A program made the translations under genes and the position numbers. From Phyllobates terribilis (Eukaryota), in contig NW_027362770.1 of assembly GCF_046119375.1 (NCBI RefSeq), forward strand, positions 191,890,001-191,954,000: a DNA stretch of 64,000 nucleotides, given 5' to 3'. Shown piece after piece: positions 24,421-36,294 of this stretch. Under the pieces are notes generated by a model. It was not told where the DNA came from, searched no databases, and saw nothing but the letters and a program-made list of their open reading frames with translations. Each line of letters starts with the position of its first letter. Positions within the stretch are counted from its first letter, which is position 1.

Positions 24421-26191
24421 TGTTGACGTTGTGCTTAAATTTTTGGAGACATCTTCGACTTGAGCATTTTCAAAGAAATAAAGCTGCTGTTGATTTGGTA
24501 AATTAATAGCTAAACGTATAATGGCATGGGACTGCGAATGCATTGGAAATGCAAATATTCTCCAAGCAGCTTCTGGAGCACTGACATATCTTGAGTCAAC
24601 AAACCGTGATGATTCATCGTGATTGACTGTTTTTTGTTGTATTTTGACATTAGCTTTGTCATGCCCCTTGTAGATGTACTTGAAAAGATATTTAACACTT
24701 TTTATTGAAGAGCAGATTTCAACGTTGATGTGACAGTTAAACCTACAAAAGACAAAAATATATCTCATACCCTACCATCATCACATGTTGATGTGACAGT
24801 TGTAGCGTTTTAATAAGTACGGGTTGTATGGAACTATCCATGAGTTATTTATAATCTTTTTGTTGTGTACAATGTTATCAATCAGTTGACTCTGGTAGGA
24901 TGGGTAGCCGTCCAAATCTTTAACAGTGTGCTATTTCAACTGCTTTGGAAAACCTTTTGTACACTTTCCGTTTTCCATGCATGGACTTTTTGGATTTGCT
25001 ACACCGCATGGGCCATGAACCATACTACAGATTACAATATTATACAATTCAGGATACTTTTCTTGGTTAGGAATTTCAGCCCACACTATGTTGTCAATTT
25101 CGTCCTCCCTGTGAAACTTGGAATCCGCGTCTAAAATAATTAATATATGCGCATGTGGGAGACCTCGATTCTGAAACTCTGACGTGTACCATTGCTACGA
25201 CTGTTCCAAAAAGCCCATTTTTCATGTCTTTAAAAAGGCTGCTGAGTTTTAGTCGAAATACGCGTGCAACTAAGTCCGGTCTGTGTTCAACTTGCTGCCA
25301 GGGTTGTAGATTTTCGGTAATTTCCGGCCATTTAGGATTACAGGTCATTGTTAAAAAAATGTCAGGTCTTCCATACTTTGTTACTATTGCCATTGCATCT
25401 TGATAACGCTGTTGCATGTTGCGGGGGCTACCTTCAAAGGATGTCGGGAGAATTACTGTTTTTCCAATTGGAATTCCTTTTTGAATGGATTGTTTTTGTA
25501 AATGTTCTTGAAGAAAGCAGTAGTCTTCAACTTTAAGTTGTTTTTGGTTCATTCGTATGAAATTGAGCCGATTCGCTTCAATTTTAACGTATGCGTCGAC
25601 TAAGTACTATTGTGTCAGTTTCCCACCCACCGTTTAAAATAGGATTGAAGTAATTTCCCACAGACAGAAGAAAACTGTAGTACTGTAGTTGTGAAATTCT
25701 TCTTGAAGTTCCTTGCTGGTGTAGGTTTTCATGCCACCCTTGATCACCGCTTGGAAAGAATAGCGGATACAGAAGAGCATCAAGGTTGCTGTGCAAAATG
25801 CTAATACGTTGTGGTTTAGGAACGAAAGGGTTGTTTTTGTCTGGCTTAAGATGGACTAATATGTCTCTTTGAAAAGGAGGCTCTCCATCATCGTTTTGAA
25901 AAACAACTGCGACCTCACTTACACGTGGTTTATTGTAACATCGGGGATCTTGTTGATGTTCTTGTTTAATTTCCATGATAATAGAAGGCATTTCCGTTCC
26001 ATTTTGTATAGCTCTCTGTTCCTCCTCAGCTTCAACGTCTTTTAGCATGCGATATGCGGCAGCAAATGGGCTGATTGTGTGTAAATGTACGGCAATTAGG
26101 TTCATCAGTTCTGCATTACACTTTTCATTTTATTTTCGGTTCATCCTTTGTTCTGTAGCCTCATTTGGATCAAAGATGTATAATTGTGCAA
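24421..26191 (-). pseudogene. Helitron Rep (HUH/Y2) domain, frameshifted
   Basis: Motifs FAQLYIFD, GSPRNMQQRYQDAMAIVTKYGRPDIFLTMTCNPKWPEI, frameshifted [13 protein letters not shown] (HUH), PYNPYLL..NCHINVE and SVKYLFKYIYKGHD. Confidence 0.9.
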
Positions 26192-26757
26192 ATCATAGAA
26201 TCATAGAATCATAGAATGGTAGAGTTGGAAGGGACCTCCTGGGTCATCTGGTCCAACCCCCTGCTCAAAGCAGGATTCACTAGATCATCTCAGACAGATG
26301 TCTGTCCAGCCTCTGTTTGAAGACGTCCATTGAAGGGGAACTCACCACCTCTCGTGGCAGCCTGTTCCACTCATTAATCACCCTAACTGTCAAAAAGTTT
26401 TTTCTAATATCTAATCTGTGTCTCCTCCCATTTAGTTTCATCCCATTGCTTCTAGTCTTTCCTTGTGCAAATGAGAATAAAGATGATCCTTCTACAATGT
26501 GACAGCCCTTGACATATTTGTAGACAGCTATTAAGTCTCCTCTCAGTCTTCTTTTTTGCAAGCTAAACATTCCCAGATCCTGTAACCGTTCCTCATAGGA
26601 CATGGTTTGCAGACCAGTCACCATTCTGGTCGCTCTTCTCTGAACTTGCTCCAGTTTGTCTATGTCTTTTTTAAAATGTGGTGCCCAAAACTGTACACAG
26701 TATTCCAGATGAGGTCTGACCAAAGAGGAGTAAAGACCGATAATTACTTCACGTGAT
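26192..26757 (-). mobile_element. CR1 3' fragment (about 565 bp), nearly identical to 16650-17213
   Basis: (ATTCTATG)n tail and ORF2 C-terminus; interrupts Helitron codons PPT|FAQLY. Confidence 0.95.
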
Positions 26758-27989
26758 GTTGGTGGTTGTCCTAGTTCTGGGTGAAGTGTTCCAGTGCGGT
26801 GGTAGATCTGGCCATGAATTTTAAAACAATACGGTCCGAATCCAGGGGGCTGTGCAATGCTGGCACCAAATGAAGCAAACGCATGAGAACTGTTGATACT
26901 TCTGATATTTTCCATAAAATTTCTACTGTGTTCATGCGTTCCTTTCATCAACTGCTCACAAAGATTTGAGTAGTGACATCTTGGTAGCATCACTTTTCCT
27001 TTTTGGCTGCATTGAGTAAACTGATTGTCAGATGGTTTTTCCTCGATGAAATTTAGAGAGTCGCATTTTGAACAAACTACATTCATCTCCCCACAGTAGT
27101 GTTGAATAATTATAGTTTCATTGTCTGTTACGTAACGTGCAAGTTGTTGAATGTTCTGCTGGGTTTGCCTTAGTTGGTAGAGCATTCGTTTTTGATAAAT
27201 TTGTCGATCGTGTTGTTCTCGGTTTGTCCTGGATTCTGGAGATTCATTCAGCCGACATTGTCTATGGGATTCCGCATCATGTTCCTGTCTAGCCGCAGTG
27301 TGTTGCGGTGTTTCCCGTTCCCGACGTTGTCTGTGAGATTCCGCATCCTGGGCTTGTCTGGCGGCAGTGTGTTGTGATGTCTCCTGTTTCCGATGTTGTC
27401 TGTGAGATTCCGCATCCTGGGCTTGTCTGGCGACAGTGTGTTGTGGTGTCTCTTGTTCCCGGCGTTTTTGGTGACATTCGGCATCCTGGGCTTGTCTGGC
27501 GACAGTGTGTTGTGAAGTCTCCTGTTCCCGACGTTTTCTGTGATATTCCGCGCCCTGGGCTGGTCTGCCGGCAGTGTGTTGTGGTGTCTCCTGGTCCCGA
27601 AGTTTTCTGTGAGCTTCCGCATTCTGCGCTTGTCTGGCGGCAGTGTGTGGTGTTGTCTCCTGCTTCCGAAGTTTTCTGTGAGCTTCCGCATCCTGGGCTT
27701 GTCTGCCGGCAGTGTGTTGTGGTGTCTCCTGTTCCTGGCGTTTTTGGTGAGCTTCCGCATCCTGGGCTTGTCTGGCAGCAGTGTGTTGTGGTGTCTCCTG
27801 TTCCCGGCGTTTTTGTTGAGCTTCCGCATCCTGGGCTTGTCTGGCAGCAGTGTGTTGGGGTGTCTCCTGTTCCCGGCGTTTTTGGTGAGATTCCGCATCC
27901 TGGGCTTGTCTGGTGGCAGTATGTTGTGATGTCTTGACGTTGTCGTTTTCTTGCTGCTTCTGCTGCTTTTCTGTCTTCCTCCATGGCAT
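26280..27989 (-). CDS. Chimeric 569-aa ORF: Helitron N-terminus (23-aa repeats, Cys-rich region) fused in frame to the CR1 ORF2 C-terminus
   Basis: Open frame through ..[16 protein letters not shown]|[20 protein letters not shown]..; junction at about 26757. Expression unknown. Confidence 0.6.
   Translation of the reverse strand: MPWRKTEKQQKQQENDNVKTSQHTATRQAQDAESHQKRREQETPQHTAARQAQDAEAQQKRREQETPQHTAARQAQDAEAHQKRQEQETPQHTAGRQAQDAEAHRKLRKQETTPHTAARQAQNAEAHRKLRDQETPQHTAGRPAQGAEYHRKRREQETSQHTVARQAQDAECHQKRREQETPQHTVARQAQDAESHRQHRKQETSQHTAARQAQDAESHRQRRERETPQHTAARQEHDAESHRQCRLNESPESRTNREQHDRQIYQKRMLYQLRQTQQNIQQLARYVTDNETIIIQHYCGEMNVVCSKCDSLNFIEEKPSDNQFTQCSQKGKVMLPRCHYSNLCEQLMKGTHEHSRNFMENIRSINSSHAFASFGASIAQPPGFGPYCFKIHGQIYHRTGTLHPELGQPPTSREVIIGLYSSLVRPHLEYCVQFWAPHFKKDIDKLEQVQRRATRMVTGLQTMSYEERLQDLGMFSLQKRRLRGDLIAVYKYVKGCHIVEGSSLFSFAQGKTRSNGMKLNGRRHRLDIRKNFLTVRVINEWNRLPREVVSSPSMDVFKQRLDRHLSEMI
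27248..27940 (-). repeat. 69-bp coding tandem repeat (23-aa units, about 10 copies)
   Basis: GCATCCTGGGCTTGTCTG every 69 bp; peptide [23 protein letters not shown]. Confidence 0.9.
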
Positions 27990-28076
27990 ATTTTCCCTTA
28001 GGACCCATTATAAAACAGGAAGCGTAAAGAAGTATCTCTTCAGCGCGCTGTCACTGGCAGAACGTGTTCAGTAAAC

Positions 28077-28335
28077 CTGACTGAAGTCCCTCGCACAGTG
28101 TGACTGAAGTCCCTCGCACAGTGTGACTGAAGTCCCTCGCACAGTGTGACTGAAGTCCCTCGCACAGTGTGACTGAAGTCCATCGCACAGTGTGACAGAA
28201 GTCCCTCGCACAGTGTGACAGAAGTCCCTCGGACAGTGTGACAGAAGTCCCTCGCACAGTCTGACTGAAGTCCCTCGCACAGTCTGACTGAAGTCCCTCG
28301 CACAGTCTGACTGAAGTCCCTCGCACAGTGTGACT
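28077..28335. repeat. 23-bp minisatellite upstream of the RepHel ATG
   Basis: CTGAAGTCCCTCGCACAGTGTGA, about 11 copies. Confidence 0.93.
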
Positions 28336-28479
28336 GAGAAAACCTGCTCAGTACGTTATAAGCAGCTTGTGAGTCACATGACCACATGGGCGGAGTTAGC
28401 CCTGCTATCTCCCGAAGGTGGCGTAGCTATTTGAAATGTTGCGGTAATTGGCCGGAGAGCGTGATTAAATTTGGTGTGA

Positions 28480-30696
28480 AAATCTGTGATTGATCGCGGG
28501 CGGCAACCGCGACCAATCATAGGAGCGGGTTTTAAATCTCGCGCGCCATGTTACTAAGGAGTGTGTTTGAATTTAGCGTTCAAATCTCTGATTGGTCGCG
28601 GCAGGAGGGCGCGACCAATCAGCGAATCGTATTGGTGAGGACCGGGGAGCGGCTGCCTGTGCGGCTACTTCCGGTGCGAGAAGCCGGGAGATGAGCGACT
28701 GCTCGCAGCAGAAGTATCCGGAGCCGCAGCGCCGCTCCCCGGTCCTCCCTTCCGCATGGAGGTCAGCGCCGCAGCCTGTGCGGATACTTCCGCTCCGAGA
28801 AGCCGGGACATGAGCGGTCGCTCGCAGCAGAAGCATTCCAACTCGCAGCGCCGCTCCCAGGTCCTTCCTTCCGCTTGGAGGTCAGCGCCGCTGCCTGTGC
28901 GGATACTTCCGCTCTGAGAAGCCGGGACATGAGCGTCTGCTCGCAGCAGAAGTATCCCGACCCGCAGCGCCGCTCCCCGGTCCTCCCTTCACACGCTAGC
29001 TGCTGATCTCCCAACAGTAGCCCCATGGTGTTACTAAGGTCCGGACATTTTTGTTCAAAATCGCTGATTGTTCGCGGGCGCTGCCCGCGACCAATCACCG
29101 GTTTGGGCACCACATTTAAATATCGGCCGCGACCAATCACCGATCTTGGCGCCAAATTTAAACATCGCTGTGCTGATTGGTGGCGGACGCTGCCCGCGAC
29201 CAATCACCGATTTGGGCGCAACATTTAAATCGCGTCCGCAACCAATCAGCACAGCTATGTTTATATGTGTCTGCAAGACCGGTGATTGGTTGCGGCCGCT
29301 ATTTAAATGTGGCGCACAAATCGGTGATTGGTCGCGGTCTTCGGCCGCGGCCAATCACTGATCTTGCCGCAAAATTTAAACACCGCTGTGCTGATTTGTC
29401 GCGTTCGCTGCCCGCGACTAATCACCGATTTGGGCGCCACATTTAAACACTGCTGTGCTGACTGGTCGCGGACGCTGCCCGCGACCAATCACCGATTTGG
29501 GCGCCACATTTCAATCGTGTCCGCGACCAACCAGCACAGCGGTGTTTATATGTGTGTGGAAGATCGGTGATTGGTCACGGGCGCTATTTAAAAGTACCGC
29601 CCAAATCGGTGATTGGTCGCAGCCGAAGACCGCGACCAATCATCGAATCGTATTGGTGAGGACGGGAAAGCGCCGCTGCCTGTGCGGTTACTTCCGCTGC
29701 GAGAACCCGGGACATGAGCGGGCGCTCGCAGCAGAAGTATCCCGACCCGCAGCGCCGCTCCCCGGTCCTCCCTTCACACGCTAGCCGCTGATCTCCCAAC
29801 AGTAACCGCACGGTGTTACTAAGGTCCGGACATTTTTGTTCAAAATCGCAGATTGTTCGCGGGCGCTGCCCGCGACCAGTCACCGATTTGGGTGCCACTT
29901 TTAAATCGCGTCTGCGACCAATCAGCACAGCGGTGTTTATATGTGTCTGCAAGATCGTTGATTGGCCGCGGCCGCTATTTAAATGTGGCGCACAAATCGG
30001 TGATTGGTCGCGGGCTTCAGCCGCGCCCAATCACTGATCTTGCCGTAAAATGTAAACACCGCTGTGCTGATTGGTCGTGGACGCTGCCCGCGACCAATCA
30101 CCGATTTGGGCGCCACATTTAAACACTGCTGTGCTGATTGGTCACGGACACTGCCCGCGACCAATCACCGATTTGGGCGCCACATTTAAATATCGGCCGC
30201 GACCAATCACCGATCTTGGCTCCACTTTTAAACACCGCTGTACTGATTGGTCGCGGATGCTATTTAAATGTGGCGCCAAAATCGGTGATTGGTCGCGCCC
30301 AGCGTCGGCGACCAATCAGCACAGTGGTGTTTAAATGTGGAGCCAAGATCGGTGATTGGTCGCGGCCGATATTTAAATTTGGCGCCCAAATTGGTGATTG
30401 GTCGCGGGCAGCGTTCGCGACCAATCAGCACAGTAGTGTTAAACTTTTGCGGTAAGATCAGTGATTGGTCGGGTCCGAAGACCGCGACCAATCATCGAAT
30501 CGTCTTGTTGACTACCGGGGAGCGGTGCTGCCTGTGCGGGTACTTCCGCAGCGAGAACCCGTGACATGAGCGGGCGCTCGCAGCAGAAGTATCCCGACCC
30601 GCAGCAACGCTCCCCGGTCCTCCCTTCCACATGGAGGTCAGCGACCCTGGCGGTCCTTCCGCTGCTACCGGCCGGGAGATGAGCGCCTCGCACCGG
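28480..30696. repeat. GC-rich CCAATCA/TGATTGG array in the Helitron 5' region
   Basis: Dozens of GCGACCAATCA(G/C)C and TGATTGGTCGC motifs with ATTTAAA spacers in both orientations, plus palindromic modules of about 120 bp (GAGGACCGGGGAGC..GCTCCCCGGTCCTC). Confidence 0.9.
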
Positions 30697-31735
30697 TGAC
30701 GCGCCCCCTGAGCCGTGTGAGTGTGGGGATACCCGGAACCGGACCCGTTGCGGATGCTGGGGGTTGCAGTCCTCGTGTGGCGGGGACCCAGTCCCGTGGC
30801 TCAGGGTGGTCAACCCAAATGGCAGTCTATTTATAGGGTTTTGTGATATTAAATGTCCGACTACGCCACCCGTGGATTGCGGTCAGTGTGAACCGCCGCT
30901 GCAGGGCAGACCGCTGAGGCTGGTGTTGTGGGTGCAGCAGAAGATAGTAGTATAACTCCCCACGGGAGGAGTATAGCCTCAAGGCAGTAAATAGGGATGT
31001 TGGTGGTGATGGTGCGCGGGAGTAGCAGTAACCACACGGAGTCTGTCATGCAATTCAGGGTCTTTACTGCTGGTGGTATTAAGGGACCCGTCCAGAATAC
31101 AGGTTAACAATGGAAACCTGGTCAGTCTGAGAGCAACTGGGAAATCCTACTGGTCAGGGGGAGTTTGTAGGCCTACCGTGCTGACTTCACTCTTTCTTGG
31201 CTATCATGCTGTAGTGTAGTGGTAGCCCACGTCTCTGAGTGTACCGTGTTGTTCTCACCCGTATGACTGGCGACTCGGGCCTTCCGTACTGCTCACCCCT
31301 CCGGGGTAGTAGTGGTCCCTCTCGTGTGGCTGAGCCTCCGGGCTTCCTTGGGCCAGAGGACTTGAAGTCCCCTGCGTGGTGGTTTTCTGCTGCTGAGCTT
31401 ATAACCCTCACAGCCTCGGACTCCAGTGTCCGGCTTTGTAAGTCTCTAGGCCGGACGAGCTCTGCTAGCTCCCCTCCTGGCCTCGTGTTCCTCCTCTGCC
31501 TACAGGGACTCCTCAGCCTGCTGCTGACCTGTCCCTATCTGCGACTTGTCTGGAACTTCTCTCTGGCTGGACTGATTAACCCCGCCCCAGATCCAGTTTA
31601 TAAAGGGCAGGTTTCTCCCCTACCTGGACTGAGGCAGGAGGTGCTGCATGCTAATTGTCCCCAACCAGGGAACCTCCCACCTGCTCTTAGACATGACATT
31701 ACTGCCACTGTGGCGACCAGACCTGGGGTGCCATA
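30697..31735 (-). repeat. 3' LTR of the Gypsy element
   Basis: TGACGCGCCCC..GGGGTGCCATA; direct repeat of 37570-38605; preceded on the minus strand by the polypurine tract. Confidence 0.93.
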
Positions 31736-31746
31736 TTCTCCCCTAT
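31736..31746 (-). promoter_or_regulatory. Polypurine tract
   Basis: Minus strand reads AGGGGAGAA immediately before the 3' LTR. Confidence 0.75.
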
Positions 31747-32177
31747 TGAAATTTAGTACTCTGGGACAAAACATTTTGCAAAAACACAACAAGTAATAAC
31801 AATACAGTAACATATTTACAAGAAGTTTAGTCTTTTTTTAGGTCACGGCACTCCCGTAACCAGGTGTCCTTGTCACCCATGATGCAGTTTGAGGGACCCG
31901 TCCCAAACCCTCCACGTAGGCCCTGGGGTGGCTACAGGGCTTTGATGATCCGGAGTTGGACCAAGTCTTCAGCCACCTCTACGGGTTTTGTGTTCTGTGG
32001 TCGTCTTCAAAAGAGGGCACCTTATCAGGTGCAACTATGTACAAGGTACAGTTCTGGTTATTCATTGTCCATAACCTGTTAGTCCATGAACCCTGTCGGG
32101 TAACTAGAGAAACATAATAAGTATGCAAGCAACAAACATTTTAACATTTGCAATTTACAGGTATATATACATTGCAT

Positions 32178-33690
32178 TTAGATTCTCCAGCGAGCGGGTA
32201 CCTGGCCTTTAGTGCTCCTGGTGGACCTACGTAACCCACTGTCTGGTGGTACTCTACTCGGGTCCCCTGTTTCCACCCCCTGTGTACTGGGTGTGCTCAT
32301 GTCTGCACTAGAGGTGTTTGCAGATGTAACGGGTAGGTTGGGCAGCTTTCTGCGTACTCTTTGGCTCACCACGGGCATGGCAGGTTCACTACTAGCAGAG
32401 GGTTGATTCTCCTGGGCTGCTGGTATGTACTCTTCTGCCTCCGGGGCCACTTGCTTTTCCAACACCACTTGCTCTTCTGCAGGCTCTTGAGGGGCTGGTT
32501 GGAGGAAGGTAAGGAAGGGTACCACTATGGCGTTGTTGATTTGTGTCCAGGACCGGGGAAATCCTCCGAGCACTGTACTGACCATTTCCTCCCTTTCCTC
32601 TGCGGGTCGAGGGCTATCTTGGTCTTCATCAGCGCTTTGCAGCTGCTCGGGACACTTTTTCAGGTGGTCTCTGGAGACAGTGGCTGTGGTCTCTCCTCCA
32701 TCCTTACTGATAACACACACCTTTGGGTCTTCATGGCTTGACGGCAGTACGGTGTACGGGTCTTTCTCCCACTGGTCATCCAACTTGTGGAGCCGTCTCT
32801 TCCTCTTCAAGACCTGCTCTCCAGGTGCCAGGGGAGCAGCAGGAGCATGCTGGTTGTAGTTCCTCTCTTGCTTGAGACAGACTTCGCTCCACGCTCTCCT
32901 GTACTTTCCGGTACTGCTGCTGTCGTTCTGTGTCCCAGTCTGCTTCTGGTGAGGTGTCCTCAGGTGTCAGGACTCCCATCTCCAGGTCAATTGGCAGCTT
33001 ACCAGGTCTTGCCCTCATTAGGTAAGCCGGGGGGGAATTGGTAGAACCCACTGGGATATGGTTATACAAGTCCACCAGATCCGGCAGTTTCTCAGGCCAC
33101 AGGCTGCGTTCCTCCAGGGGCAACGTCTTGAGCAGGTCTATTACTACCTGGTTCATTTTCTCACACATCCCGTTGGTTTGGGGGTGGTAAGGCATTGTCC
33201 TTGTCTTCTTGCAGCCATACAGGTTGCAGAATTCCTGAAAGACTTCAGCCTCGAACGCTGGACCTTGATCAGTCAACACTTGCTATGGATACCCTTGTGG
33301 ACGGCAGAAATGCTGCTGAAAGGCTCTGGCGGCCGTCTGAACTGTTAAGTCTTTGACAGGGACCACCACTAGGAACCGGGAGTAGTGATCTACGATTGTG
33401 AGGGCGTAGACGTATCCCGATCTGCTTGGAGCCAGCTTTACGTGGTCCAGGGCCACCAGCTCAAGGGGCTGCTTTGTGATGATGGGCCGCAGGGGAGTCT
33501 TCTGGCTGGCGCGGTCCTTCCTCCTAAGGTTGCACGGGCCACAGTCTCTGCACCATCTCTCTATAGCCCCTCTCATGCCTACCCAGAAGAACCGCTCACG
33601 CAACAGGAACTCCAGCTTCTTCCATCCAAAGTGCCCTGCGCCGTCATGGTATGCTTCTAGGACCATAGCCGCATCCTGCCTTGGGACCAC
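32178..33690 (-). pseudogene. Gypsy integrase and C-terminal extension, in pieces
   Basis: YHDGAGHFG..CRDCGPC (HHCC), PLELVALDH, TIVDHYSR, TDQGPAFE, YHPQTNGMCEKMN. Confidence 0.9.
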
Positions 33691-34098
33691 TACCTACCAG
33701 ATCAGCTCATGTGTTCGAGAGTTGACGGTCCTGCGGCACAGCCTCCCCTCGTAGAGAAACAGCTTGCTCCTCTCCTTCCACAGCTGTTTGGCCTCTTCTG
33801 GAGCATCCGGATCAAGGTGGGCATCAGCCTGGGTCAGCATCTCTTTCACCAGGCGGACTGCGGGGTCACTATCTTGCTTCTCGGCCCAGCCGTGGTGGGG
33901 TAAGGGATTGAACGTAGTGGTAGCAGAGCACCTCTCCTTTACGCAGTGGGAACACTGGGCGATCCCATGACGGTGGAATTCAGGGAGTTCAATTTCTTCC
34001 AGTTCTTCTGGATCTTCTCCCCCGTCCTGCAAGTGAGGCATTCTGGACAATGCATCTGCGTTGGCATTAGCGCGCTCTGTCCGGTATTTGATAGTAAA

Positions 34099-35820
34099 TT
34101 AATAATTGGACAGCCGGGCCATCCATCTCTGCTCTAGGGCACCAAGTCTTGCAGTGTCCAGGTGTGTCAACGGGTTGTTGTCCGTGTACACAGTGAACTT
34201 AGAAGAAGCCAGGTAATGCTTGAAGCGTTCGGTGACTGCCCACACCACTGCCAGGAACTCTAGCTTGAAGGAGCTATAATTCTCAGGGTTTCTCTCTGTG
34301 GGTCTCAGCTTTCTGCTAGCATAAGCAATTACCCGTTCTCTGCCCTGCTGGATCTGGGACAGTACGGATCCTAGCCCCACGTTACTGGCGTCGGTGTGGA
34401 GGATAAAAGGCTGGCCGTAATCAGGGTAGGCCAGGATCTCATCCCCCGTGAGGGCCATCTTCAGCTGGCGGAAAGACTCCTCCTCCAGCTTGTCCCACTT
34501 AAGGGGTGGCTTCTGACTTTTAGTCTTTGACTGACCTAACAGGAGGTCCTGCATAGGGGCTGCCATTTTGGTGAATCCGGAGATGAATCTTCGGTAATAG
34601 CCTACCAACCCGAGGAACTGCCACACTTCCTTTATGCTGGAGGGTCTTGGCCAGTCCTTAATCACCGTGATCTTGTCAGGGTCTGGGGCTACTCCGTCAG
34701 CACTCACCATGTGTCCCAGGTACTGTACTTTTGGCTTCAGTAGATGACACTTGGAGGGTTTCACCTTTAGGCCGAAGCCTGCCAGGGCATCGAACACCTC
34801 TGCCAGGTGCTTTAGATGGTCCTCATAGGTCTTGGAATATACGATGACATCGTCCAGGTAGAGTAGGACTGTCTCTAAATTCCTGTGCCCCAGACAGCAC
34901 TCCATCAGCCTCTGGAAGGTCACTGGTGCGTTGCAGAGTATGAACGGCATACAGTTGAATTCACTGAGACCCATTGGGGTGGTGAAGGCGGTCTTCTCCT
35001 TGTCTGACTCTGCTACAGGAACCTGCCAGTACCCGCTAGTGAGATCCAAAGTAGAGAAGAAGTTAGCAGATTTTAGTGCAGCCAAAAACTACTCTATCCT
35101 AGGTAACGGGTGCGCATCTTTGTGTGTTATTCTGTTGACCTTTCTATAATCTACACACATCCTCATCTTGCCATCTTTCTTTTTTACAAGAACTAGAGGA
35201 GCTGCCCAGGGGCTACAGCTATCCCTGATCACCCCAGCCTCCTTCATCTCTCGCAACATACCCTTGGCATTCTGATAGTGTGCAGGGGGTACAGGCCGGT
35301 ATCTCTCTTTTATGGGTGGATAGTCTCCTGTGGGGATTTGGTGTTCTACCCCCTTTACTTGCCCAAAGTCTAGCGGGTGTTTGCTAAAGACTCTTTCGTA
35401 CTCCTGAACCACCCGGTAGACTCCCTGTTTCTGGTGTGGGGAAGTGGAGTCTGTGCCCACGTGCAGCTTCTGGCACCAGTCCTCCATTTGTCTTTTAGAG
35501 CCGTTACCTTCCTCTGGGGGAGATGGAGGCAAGGGTTCCACGGCCTTTACAGAGTTTTGGTTAATGGTGAACAATTTGGCCAGAGTGGCATACCGGGGCA
35601 AGTGTACTTCTCTTTCCCCAATATTTAGGATGCGGACTGGTACCCTCCCATGGCGGACATCAACCACCCCCCGTGCTGTCAAAATGGTGGACCTACAGTC
35701 TGAGTAAACGGGTTCTACCATAGTTTGATAGTCTCTACCTCTTAACCCGATTGCAGACCGGCACCAGATCATCATTTCACTTTTTGGGGGCATGGCTTCT
35801 AACGCTTCCAATCTCACCAC
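34099..35820 (-). pseudogene. Gypsy reverse transcriptase and RNase H
   Basis: [66 protein letters not shown]; stop near 35087. Confidence 0.93.
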
Positions 35821-36025
35821 CAGACAGTTCTACCTGTTGCCCCTTCATCGGGGCTCTGATCTCCTTTTGTAAGACACGCTGCTGGCTGGAGCTGGCATTC
35901 ATTGCGGCCTGCTGTAATATAACAATTATCTCTGAAAGACAATTTTCAATTACGTTAGTACCCAAGGTTATTTTAGGGTGATTTTCACTACGGTCAATGT
36001 CCACAATAATCAGTCCCTGCGCCGG

Positions 36026-36259
36026 CTATTCAACTTTACCAATCTTGATGGTCACCTCCTTGAACCTCACCTGCGGCATGGGCTGACCATTGCTGGCGAT
36101 GATGCTCAAGTCATTATCTGGGTAGCGGGTAATATCCGTGTCATCCCAGTACCGCTTGAAAAGTATATAGGGGATGGTGGTTACCTGTGACCCGGTGTCC
36201 AACAGTGCACTCATGGGAATGCCATCCAGTACCACAGGCAAGACCGGTCGTCCCCCCAC
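36026..36259 (-). pseudogene. Gypsy aspartic protease
   Basis: ALLDTGSQVT catalytic motif. Confidence 0.85.
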
Positions 36260-36294
36260 ATACTTGTCACGCCAGTTTGACGGGCCTGATGATC

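Larger units (their letters stand above)
16249..30696 (-). mobile_element. Autonomous-type Helitron (RepHel) with nested insertions; extreme 5' end missing
   Basis: 3' end on minus strand: hairpin CCGATGCATTCGAATCGG, then GCCACCATCTAG|T. Rep and PIF1 helicase ORF pieces present. The 5' region matches the non-autonomous copy at 49515-50339. Confidence 0.93.

Noticed and set aside
27248-28008. Alternative-frame repeat ORFs (216, 239 and 209 aa)
   Set aside because: Other frames of the 69-bp repeat; only the 26280-27989 frame continues into Helitron motifs.
28573-30813. Many short overlapping ORFs on both strands (also 47602-50258)
   Set aside because: Products of the stop-poor CCAAT array; no domain signal.
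31239-31796. 185-aa and 168-aa ORFs (also 38109-38615) as accessory genes
   Set aside because: They lie within the LTRs, antisense to the element, and have no recognisable domain.
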